Shown: piece after piece, positions 23,797 through 34,488 of the stretch
Layout: each line of letters opens with the position of its first letter
Position numbering within the stretch: the stretch's first letter is position 1
Assembly (NCBI RefSeq): GCF_026571515.1
Contig: NW_026864865.1
Coordinates: forward strand, 62,001 to 126,000
Reading direction: 5' to 3'
Length of the DNA: 64,000 bases
From: Ruditapes philippinarum
Taxonomy: Eukaryota
Notes under the pieces: generated by a model
Told to the model about the DNA's origin: nothing
Database searches by the model: none
The model's input: the letters and a program-made list of their open reading frames with translations, nothing else
Position numbers and translations under genes: made by a program

Positions 23797-24173
23797 GCGG
23801 TTTTTACCTGCCAGATATGTCGAAAAATTAACACATTCTTATTCATATTATACTTATGGCTTAATAAAGCCCAAAAATCAATCTTATAACATGGTTGTTT
23901 CTTATTTCCCAATACAAGCTTCAATTGAGTTTTTGGTGGTTGTCGCAGTTAATATAAATGTATTTTATGTTTCATAAAATTATTTATATGCAAGACAACA
24001 TAATTTCTTAATATCATTCACTTTAGTTTTCTGTAAATCCGCATATATCTTATACACTGCAGATAGAGGTCCGCATACCGAAGTTTCGTTACCGACAAAT
24101 AAACGGTGCATTTATAATAAGCCTACGTCACTTCGCGTACCTCAGTGAACAAAGAAACTCGCATTTGCTTTTC
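23797..24173 (+). repeat. Ngaro internal B1-A2 junction repeat
   Basis: B1 23797-23959 abuts A2 23960-24173 (..tataAAT|Gtattttatg..), followed by ccagcctcccaccac. Confidence 0.93.
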
Positions 24174-24314
24174 CCAGCCTCCCACCACAATTATAAATTG
24201 CATTACAGTCTTGCAAATAAATAGTTTTGTAACTTCATGCTAATTTCTTATCTAGTCATATACTGATTGTTAATATTGATTTATCATGTTCTTTCTTGTT
24301 GTTATTTGGTGCTT

Positions 24315-24477
24315 GCGGTTTTTACCTGCCAGATATGTCGAAAAATTAACACATTCTTATTCATATTATACTTATGGCTTAATAAAGCCCAAATAGTAAT
24401 CTCATAACATGATTGTTTCTTATTTCTCCATACAAGCTTCAACTGAGTGTTTGGTGGTTGTCGCAGTTAATACAAAT
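24315..24477 (+). repeat. Ngaro terminal repeat B2
   Basis: 163-bp direct copy of 23797-23959. Confidence 0.95.
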
Positions 24478-24587
24478 AAATGTGTCAGATTTTAATAATG
24501 TTTTATGTTAAATAAAGGCTTTATTTGTATTTGCATAAGAGTACCTTAAAAGATATATATAAAACTACATTTAAGTTTTATACATAC

Positions 24588-24646
24588 CTGAGACATTCGC
24601 CATCTATATTTAGATTTTTGCAAACCAGTTTTCTGTCAAGTAATGG
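24588..24646 (-). CDS. Host gene exon, start of SPRY (PLLDRKLVCKNLNIDGECL(S))
   Basis: tttgcAG acceptor, CAG|GTatgt donor; 59 bp, phase 0 to 2; splices to 9790 giving IDGECLSY, like the SPRYD3 'VDGD.LSY' motif. Confidence 0.82.
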
Positions 24647-25208
24647 CTGCAAATGAAACACATAATGTATTGGTTAACGACAATTTAATGAACATCTGCT
24701 ACATCCATATTTGAAAACCTTTAAACAAAAAATTATACATGTGACATCATTTATTTAATAGCAATATCCTTAATTTTACCGTTATCTAACATAGGCAACA
24801 TGTAAATAAAACAAACATTGAATTGAACCTTCAAGTTACACCCAGTCGCTTCTATGGTGCCTCATAGACCACAGAGCCATGCAAATTTAATGTCGTTATA
24901 TGCTGAAAGAACCTGCGCTTTTATTGCCAAAAGTGGCTAGCGGCATTTTTCAGTTAATAACACAACGCTAACACTATTTATTTTTATATCTAATGCCCAA
25001 ATCGTCAACAAGATATTTCAAACACCGACGCATGAAAATAATCAATATGATTTTATTTATTTATCACAAAATAAAAAAGTTGGCGTCAATTATTGTTTAA
25101 TTACCGTAAAAATGTGTAATTATACTGTAATTACATCTTTACATGCCACTTAATTTCATAGAGCATATTTCATAAGAAAAAAATCAGTTCATGTATTAAA
25201 TAACTCAC

Positions 25209-25276
25209 TTGAAGCTTTTGGGGCGCTACTGCCTTCATCGTATCTTCTCTTTTACATGCCACTGCCAATTCTTTCT
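25209..25276 (-). CDS. Host gene linker exon (KELAVACKREDTMKAVAPQKLQ)
   Basis: aatAG acceptor, GTgagt donor; 68 bp, phase 1 to 0, bridges the B-box exon (phase 1) and the 24646 exon (phase 0). Confidence 0.65.
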
Positions 25277-27914
25277 CTATTACAAATACACGTTTCAAGA
25301 TTAGTGAAACTTTCTTTTAGACATATGTAAACTGTTTTATGATGATATTTATGATTTATGATATTAAGCTTACATCGAAACGATTAAAGAACATTAATAT
25401 TACTAATAAAAACTGAATATATTTATAATGGAAATTCATTGTTATTATCACCCGTGTTAGTTTAAATGAATATTAAGAAAGCTACATTATAAAGTATATA
25501 AGGACACTTTATGTGGTGAATTCTAAAAGGACTATCAATTCACCCGAAACAAAAGTGTTCACTAAATATTCAATTTACTGAGAAATGTTATAACATACCA
25601 ACATTTTTGGTTCTTCTTTCACTCTGTGCATGCTATATAATAAATAAAGACGCTATGTAAAATGATAATTGTTAGTATTCATCATCTTACTAGAATGACT
25701 TTTTAAGTTTAAAAAGAAAATGGTTGCGACAATTGTATTCACAGCTTTTTCAAGACAAATTCTTACCAATTACTATGGAGCAGAATTTGGGTATTTATTC
25801 ATTTGACTACTTGTTGTTTTCATTTGCTTAAGTTTAAATCATATTCCTACAAATTTGATTCATCTGTAAGTCAAAGTTCTTTACTTAAATATTTATTTAT
25901 TCTTTTTTACTATGTTTATAGTGATTATTATTTGTTTTCTATGTCCTAGCTGTAAAATTCTAGCGCAAAATCTTAGTGACGGGAGATAACTCATGTATCG
26001 CTTCGGTATTTTCCGTGAGCACAAGGTGTGAGGATACAATGCTACTTATTTAATCCAAGTTTATAGGTAGCACACCACATTAATGTAAGCTACAGCTTCG
26101 AAAGGCCAGGGAGGATTTCTTGGATATAGTGAATATTCTGGATTTAACCTTTTACCCCATGAGCATATTGTGAAAAATGGCAGTTTTCATTGAAAAGCCT
26201 CCAGTTACAAATTCAAACTGCTATGAAACTATAAAAAAATGCTTCAATACTGATGAAACTTGGCACAAATGTTAACTGGACCATGACCTCAGTAACAGCA
26301 TGCTCAATCGTAAATTTTCTGTTACCATGGCAACGGGCAACGTCTCAAAATCACTATTTTGCATTGTTTTTTTTTTCCATCAAAACTGATTTCAAAGTGC
26401 TGCAACTTCTCAATGAATTAAGATAGAGTAAAAGGCTTTTCAGCGTCGGTTACTAGTTACCCTGAGATCGACCTGAGACCGTGTTTAGCCTGACACATGT
26501 CCAAAGTTTTCTTGGCGATGAGGGTGACTACCGCCACCTTCAAACCCCCAAACAGAAGGGGGCACATCAACATTTCTAAAATAAAAACAGTGTTGGGGGC
26601 CTAAATAGGGCATTTTGTCACTGTTTGAGGCCTCAAAAAGGAAGGGGGGGGGGGGCAAAAAACCATCAAAATATGTCTGGTTGTCTTTTAAGTGCATTTT
26701 CAGCATGAAATTTGTTTTTGTGACATCTAATATGATCACTTGCAAATTCGAAATCATGGCCAGAAATCACATGCTGTTGATTATAAATGTCAAGGTCGCC
26801 ATTTTTTGTAAACATTGCTTTTAAACAGCGTGCACGGTAAAAACAAAACATTTTACAGGGGGGTACAAACTATTAGCAGTAGTAGAAAATCTAAAAGGTT
26901 GAGCACCAGTTTTTTTGTGATATTTTGCATGTAAAGGGAGTTGCTAAAACAGAGACGGTGTTCCTTTAGCCTGTATATTTGCAGGTCTTTTTTTGCCAGA
27001 GGGACGAAATGTGTTGTTTTTGGTCTCGGGCCACTGTAGATTTTGGGACTCAACGGAATGAATAATATTGCAACTTTTCTGACTGCCTGCCTATTGCAGA
27101 TGGGATGATTTCTTTGTAGATTTGCAATCTTATGTCATATATGTTCTCAACAAAATGTGTTTTCTTTTTCCAGGTTGTGTAGTTTGGTATCAGAATTATT
27201 AGCCGTATTGACGGCAGAAACTTGAAATTAACTGTGGAGTGCTACCCTGGATTTTGTGGGGTTTTTTAAGAGCATATTTCAACGGTTACACCGTCAGAAA
27301 TTACGGACTTGTACGGAAATATTGGTGCCCGGCCAGATGTATAAATTTAAATTTCAATGTAATTTCGTATTCGTGTTATTGCAGTTCGTATTCGTCTAGG
27401 TGCATTCGTATAGATTTTATTTCATTGTTATGTAACCCAATTTGTATTATTAAAAGGAAGGATGTTCAAGATCATAAGTTAAAACTAAATTATTCAAATT
27501 GAAAAAGAAGAAGTATGCAACATAAAATCTAATTACGTAGTTTAAACAAGAAGTAGAAACAATTGATCCTTGCATTCTGCAGTATCAAACTACAAATTTT
27601 TAACTGGCAATTAAAAGTAGCAATTAAACTTGTTTAAATCAATTTAAATTTATATGATTATAGATAAGAATTCAATGAATACGAATATAAATTAGATAAA
27701 TAGAAATTGAAAGATAAACAGCGAATAAATACCCAAATTCTGCTCCATATATTACCAAGAACAACAAAACCCGTCTTATCATATTGACAAAGATTATGTA
27801 CCCTAGAAAAAGTTCTAGTAATAGAACTGATAAAAACATAAACAAGTTCATGATTATACATCTTTGCATATAACTAACCTTATTTTAAATACTTGTGATA
27901 TTACGAAATGAATA

Positions 27915-28047
27915 NNNNNNNNNNNNNNNNNNNNNNNNNNNNNNNNNNNNNNNNNNNNNNNNNNNNNNNNNNNNNNNNNNNNNNNNNNNNNNNNNNNNNN
28001 NNNNNNNNNNNNNNNNNNNNNNNNNNNNNNNNNNNNNNNNNNNNNNN
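27915..28047. other. Assembly gap
   Basis: Run of 133 N. Confidence 1.
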
Positions 28048-29136
28048 GAATAGCTAAAAAATAAATAAAAACATAAATAAAAATATAAAAACTGATTAAT
28101 TAATTTATTAACAAATTAATTAATTGAATAATTAATTAATTAATTTCTTAAATAATATGAAAGAAATAAGTAAAGCGATTATTCTAGATATTTTTTTCAA
28201 TGTTTACAATGCTTTAAACAATTTAGTTTTGCATGATATACCCTTTTAGCCTTACAACAGTGTTGTGTTCACTTTTATGTGCCCTGAACAAACAATGATT
28301 TCTATGTCATTTATCGGCTTATGTTTTGGGGAGTTAGTGTTAAATTGATAAAGTACTACTTTGTGTGTCATTTTCCTAAGATGATAGCATTCTTATCTTA
28401 GTCCGTAATTACTACACTATGCAACACACGATTGCCATAAAAAATATTCAATTCTGAGGTGTAGTGTGACTTTCATGTCTAGGCATACATCCAGAATTTT
28501 TACGTTTTACATGTCCAAGTAAACATAGTTCATTATTGATTTGTTGTGGACAATAACCACGTATTGTGGTCAATACGTCAGGAAGTAGTTTTATATCTTT
28601 TGCACTTTAGATTTTGTTATAATTATCTTTCCCCCTTAATGTTCTTTTGTTCGGATTGTAAGTTTAAACGTTTCAACCACTTGAACATTATAAAGTAACA
28701 CCAGAGATTTTAAATGAAAATTCTTATATCGACTTGCCTGAGGTAAAGGATCTTGAACTTGCCTTTCATCAGCCAGATTAGTTTGCTTGAATTCGTGATG
28801 ATGTTGTTGGTCTAAAATGTATAGATGTGTCATTTTTATACTAAAGTAACTGATATCCTATTTTTGTCTAAAATGTATATTACACTCAATTGGGCATGCA
28901 TGCTAGATGTCATATATGAAATGATTTTACCTAAACATTGAGTGGTAAAAACAAAAAACACACCCTTTTTCACATCAAACTCAAATAAAATAGTATTGAA
29001 TACCGAATGATCGTTAAAAGGTTACTACAGATATATTGAAATGATTAGCATTGACGACAAAGGCAACGCAGTTTTAAGCATGCTCCTCTTATTTATATAT
29101 TATGCATCATAAATTAAAAAACACAAAAAATCTTAC

Positions 29137-30001
29137 TATGTTTTGACTGTTCTATGAGCGACCCAATCACTTTGCTGTTTTTAATTGATTCAGCTAGTAT
29201 TTTGTCACGCTTGAACTTATACTGAGTCAGAATGTTTTTCTTTTTTACAATATCAATGTGTTCCTTCGTGCTTTTCAAAAACGACTTTACTTGCAGTGAG
29301 GCTACAAAGAGCTTGTTCGACTGATTAATTTTTGATTCTAGCAAATTGCTTTGACGGGACAATTCAGCTATTAAGTCGTCGGTCTGCTTCTGTAAATCGT
29401 CTATTCTTTTTTTGTCGTTCAACATAACCTCCTTTGCCTGATTCAGAACGCTAGTTTTCATTATTTGTATACGCTCAATCACATGATCTGCGAATGCCTC
29501 TACGTCACGAACAAATTGCTCATGGAATTCGGCAATATGTTGTCTGTTGATCAAAAGTAATGAGGCACTATCTTCAACCTCTTTCGTGCATTTAGCAATC
29601 TCTTGTATGATATTTCTAGAATCTTGGCTTGTACTTAAGGCAGCAACTTTGTCCCGAATGAATTCCAACTTGCATCCATTATGGTTTAAAACGCTACATT
29701 CTCCACAGCCAACTTGGTCGTGCTTTGGACAATAAAATTTCACGAATTCTCCATTGTGCTGCTGACATGGGTCGTACGTATCATCAACCGTTACTTTCAC
29801 TGCATTTGAATCGTCAATTGTTACCAATGTATGATTTCTACTAATCTTGCGTCCTTTATGTTTCATAAAACATGAATGGCAAACGTAAACTTCACATTCT
29901 ACGCAAAAACCATCCACACAAGTTTTTATATCAAAATCTTCACAAAAACTACACAGTAGAGCACCTTTGTCCTTCATTAGTTTTTGGTTAGATATTTCCA
30001 T
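29137..30001 (-). CDS. RING-less TRIM-like protein, first coding exon: B-box1, B-box2 and coiled coil
   Basis: CSFC..FCVECEVYVCHSC..H...HTL; CQQH..FYCPKHDQVGCGEC..NH..C; long heptad helical region; ttacAG acceptor just before the ATG; donor CATA|GTaaga at 29136. Confidence 0.92.
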
Positions 30002-31244
30002 TTTTCTGTAACAAAAGCGTACCTACAAATCAGGAAATAAAAATGAATAAATACATATTTTACGTTACATATGAATTACCCATTTTACAAGCTTTGAGTA
30101 TCAATTTTTATTATTGAATTATTTTCTAAATAAACAGTCATATCTTTAAGATAACAACAAATAATCGTAAATGTCAATTGTTAATTATATTTGATTTTGT
30201 CAAAAAAAAACCTGTGTAAAATTTGATTTTTCACGGCTGGAATTGTAACTAAAATATAGCTAATGAAATCAAGAGGACACAAATTTGATTTAAAAATTAA
30301 AATTGTATTCATTTTTCTGGCTTGAAAATGTCAGAAATCTATTTTATCATTATAATATTATTATAATTATAACAAGGTAAACAGTAATCTAGAACTATAC
30401 AATTATTGATATACTCTATATTGTGTATTTATATTTTCAATTTAAGATATATGTGTTATAACATCTAAAATACATGTTCAAATTATGTAGCTTGGAAATA
30501 TTCTTAAAATTTCATATAAACATTCACGTAATCATATAACCGTTATTGCATCATATTTAATACGATATAATTCTTAAAGTAAAACAGAACACATGTTATA
30601 ACGCTATCTCTAAGCGCTTGTATTTTAGTAAAACAGAATATATTTGCTTGCAAAGATGTGACTGATGTACACAGCAAAGCATTCCCGCCACAAGACAATG
30701 TTTCTCATTATTACAGGTGAAGCTATTCCTTTTAATCCTTTTAATAATTTGTCACACATTTAGTTTTAAAAAATGATAAAGATAATACGATTCATTACAA
30801 TGTACAAACTGAAAAAATGCAAAAAATGGTATATTTTTCTCACACTTTGAGTACATATATATTCAATACATTTTCATTAATTTTCCTGCCACACAACTTT
30901 TATTTATTAATTATTTTGTACTGATAAGTGCTGATATTCTTTACTTTATTTCCCGGGTTGTCTTTGTCCTCTAAAATTATTGTTAATTCTAAATGGATAA
31001 TTGTTGTGAAAGAAACGCTTAATAATCTTGGTCTGCAAAATATTTTCATTTACAGAAAGTAGATAATATAAGTCACTTTAAATACATTGTGAATCTTAGA
31101 CTACATGATATTTTTTTACAAGATTGACATAGTACTATTGATACACCTTCTTAATGCTTAGTGTATCGTACATAAAAAAATACTCATTGTTTTGAAAAAT
31201 ATCTAGATGTACTTCCATTTGATGTAGGCACATATTTATGTAAA

Positions 31245-31738
31245 TTTAGAACAATGAATCACCTATTACCAATTAAAAAAGGCAGAAATTTGGCAATTCA
31301 TCATAATAAAAGGCTCTGTTACTTATGTCCGCATCAAGCTATTGGTGATGAATTTTACTAATTCTTTGAATGTTTGTGCTTTAATGACATAAAACGTAAA
31401 TCTCTTCTTACTTGTTTTTATATTCATCCCAATATTTTTAAACTTCTTGACAAATTCATAAATAGTTGTGATAAAACAATTCTATTAAAACTATCTTTAT
31501 TTTGTAAAAACATTATGTTAAAATTTAGATAATAAGTACTTCTCATTCTTCGTTCCCATATGTTACAGTGTAAATACATGTTGTATTGAATTCACGTGAC
31601 AATATGAACAATATGATCTCCTTTTCTGTCTATTTAGATAGTCATAATTGTATTATTTTTTGTGATATTAGTGGTTTTTGACTGTTATTTTTCTGTTCGT
31701 TTGTTTGTTATTATATGCCTTGGTTTAATAAAAAAACT
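31245..31738 (+). mobile_element. Old LINE 3' fragment (RTE-X-like), tail resumes at 32505-32530
   Basis: Degenerate RT.NH.LPI..GR......R.C..C....IGDEF....EC zinc-knuckle region, AT-rich 3' UTR, aataaa plus (ACTGRA)n tail. Confidence 0.65.
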
Positions 31739-32504
31739 AACAACTTGCCCCTTAACATAAGGAATCTACCAACCCTTTCAATGTTTAAAAATTATCTATT
31801 ACGTGATAAGAAAACTACACCAAAATACTTTTATTTTGGTGATAGAAAACTTCAAATTCTTCACACCAGGTTACGCACAAAATGTAGCTCCCTTAATTAT
31901 CATTTGTTTCTAAAAAATATATCACCATCGCCATTATGTGAGTGTGGTCAAATGGAAACTAACTATCATTACTTCTTTGATTGCAATCGCTTTCGTACAT
32001 GTAGAGAAAAATTATTGGGAAATCTAAATAATTTCGATATTACCCTCAACACCCTACTTTTTGGCAACCCGGACATCTCAGATACTGATAATGCCAATAT
32101 CTTTAAACATGTTCATACTTTTATCTCAGAATCAAAGCGATTTCTCTGACTTAAAGTGAAACAGTGAAGCAATCTTTCTTTTCTCTTTCTTTCTTTTTTC
32201 TTCCTATTTGATTATTTGTTTTCCTTTCTTCTTTTTTCGTTATTATAATTTCTAATTCTTATCCCGATGATTACTTATAAATATAACGTTTACTTCGTCA
32301 CAAATATTTACATTCCACTTTTTTGATAATTGTACAAAATATTAGAAAATCGACTCATTATAAAGTTACACTAAAAGGAGAAGAATTTTATAAGACTTAG
32401 TCTTTCATTCTCATCCTTTTCTTTGAATATATTATATATTTGTATTCTGATTGTATTGTATTATGTATATCATGTAAATATTCGGGAAATAAATATGTTT
32501 AAAC
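31739..32504 (+). mobile_element. 5'-truncated CR1-group LINE with a 13-bp TSD
   Basis: NNLP..IRN..FK..PKYFYFGDRKLQILHTRLR..CSSLN..SPLCECG..ET..HYFFDC; 3' end aataaatatgtttaaac; TSD TAATAAAAAAACT at 31726-31738 and 32505-32517. Confidence 0.88.
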
Positions 32505-34488
32505 TAATAAAAAAACTGAAACTGGAACTGTTATCTTATTTTAATACTTAACCTCATAACGGTTATTTATATAACGGATTATGGCCGAGTTTGTGTCCAT
32601 TCTATAGAGATAATGGAGACAGTGCCTGTGATAGTTTACAAATAATGCTTCATTGTTTTGAAAACAATTCGAATTTGAATAACTATTGGAACATCTTTCA
32701 GCACCTTGTATCAAGATTGACATTTTTTAAGAGACTGAAATTCGCGGGAAGGGCGTGTTGTGATGTCAACACAGTAGATATCATATGGCGACTTTCCAAC
32801 TTTACTGGTGAAGAAAGACTGCACGTGCGTCTACACGCATTATTTCAAACACGAACAGGCACCTGAATATATCAACCAACGTTCCGCAAACCAGCTGGAT
32901 AGACGTAAACGTTTTAGCTTAAAACTGCCAAGTCTAAGAATTAACTTTTATTGACTTAACAGTTTTCTACAGATCCCTGTGCGTTCTAATATGTTTTATC
33001 AGGATTGGAAGTAAAACTGTTTGTATTAATGTCAAGACGTATTATTTGTAATCGTATACAAATCATTATATATGTTTGTTTACACGCTACATTTAAAGAA
33101 ATTTTATTATATACAATTGCAAGAAGAAAACGAGTTTAGTGCTAAAATGAAAGAAAAAACACTTACGGTACATGTTAAGTGACTCGGGCCAATAAAACAT
33201 TTCATATACGATTTCCGGAAAAAGGACACCGGAGAAATGCACTTGCTTGGCCAAAAAAGAAAATTAGTTATAAGAGATATAAATAAACCATTATTTCCCC
33301 ATGCATTTAGGTGCCTTGTATATTTATTGTAATTAAGTATCTGAACGGAAGACAAAATCCTATCACATTTTTCTACTTTTATGACAAATCATTTCACATT
33401 CATCCCAACTTTCTTCACGTAACATTTGACTTATTCCTTTCCATTTACTCACTCCTTCGCAGCCATTTACTCTCCACTTTAAAGCTCATTTTTTATACTG
33501 TTATAAATTTTCATTTATTGATCTCTATGTAAAGTGAGTAACAATTAACAAACATATCTGATTATTTTCAAAATATGTGTCCGTCTAATAAGTATCGACC
33601 ATTGTTGAATATCGTTGGAGCATTAACAATGACCGTTTAAGTGTGATTCGAATCTCAAATTAATGAGCACAAAAACAGTATGGTAAGATTCGTAAGATTT
33701 GCTTATGCATATAGCTTTCGGATATATGTTTAATATAACTATTACCTTTCGTGTCACGAAATACGTTAACAATTCCTTTTTCAAACACAAACCGATACAA
33801 TTCTATATGAAATGAGAGACAAGAAATCTTTAAAATCAAGTTAGTTTGTTATTGTTGAAATGTATGTAACACAATGTACTGATTTACATTAAACATTGAA
33901 TAATTTACATTGAACATCTTGTGATTATAAATAAATATATATTTATTTCCCTATGCCTATGCATTTATCACGTAGTTATCTTTAGTGTTAAACTATTTTT
34001 CAAAACAGTTCGGGTTGATAAATTACTATATTGTTTAAAACTAAAATATCAGAAATTGTAAGTAATCAAATGTTACATTTTATTAACAATAATAAAAGTG
34101 TGTACAGATATCTGATATAACTGCAACATGAACTAACAGTTTCCTGTCAAACTTCATTGAACACAAGCTGATGTATTTGTTTTAGAAAATGACCCCAAAA
34201 AAACCTTACGCGAATCAACCTTTTAAGTTATATCTTTTATAGATAAAAGCAGCATAATATACTACAATTTTAATTTCTAAACATTTAAACTATTTTTAGA
34301 TTTGTAAAATGTGTTAATTTAAATAAGGACAATTATGTATTAAATCAATTATCTCACGCTTGAAACTTATAATAGATTTTTTGTGACAAAAATATGTCGT
34401 GTAACTAGATTGTCATATGACAACTTGCGTCCTCTTTACTTTTAATTATCTAACATTTGCACGATGTTTACATGAATAATTAGAATGA

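Larger units (their letters stand above)
10281..24477 (+). mobile_element. Ngaro-type tyrosine-recombinase (DIRS order) retrotransposon, full length but degenerate; ~7.6 kb once the Kolobok insertion is removed
   Basis: Split direct repeats A1 10281-10503, B1 23797-23959, A2 23960-24173, B2 24315-24477; SGNH, gag, RT/RNase H and YR remnants; no methyltransferase seen; no long TSD. Confidence 0.92.

Noticed and set aside
10281-24477. A single giant YR element carrying DDE, exonuclease and Tudor cargo
   Set aside because: TTAA TSD, TIRs and restoration of the SGNH frame show the DDE unit is a secondary insertion
26140-27340. GC-richer block resembling non-autonomous DNA transposon(s), possible ttaaCCTTTTA..TAAAAGGttga ends
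   Set aside because: Only a 7-bp terminal match and an imperfect TSD; boundaries not supportable
28250-28720. Possible decayed NHL/beta-propeller exon after the B-box exon
   Set aside because: Only scattered word-level resemblance with many stops; needs a profile search
32581-33240. 91-aa ORF and NF-kB/STAT-like words (GCGACTTTCC, TTCCGGAA) upstream of the TRIM-like gene
   Set aside because: No recognisable protein motif; short sites are expected by chance and the TSS is unknown
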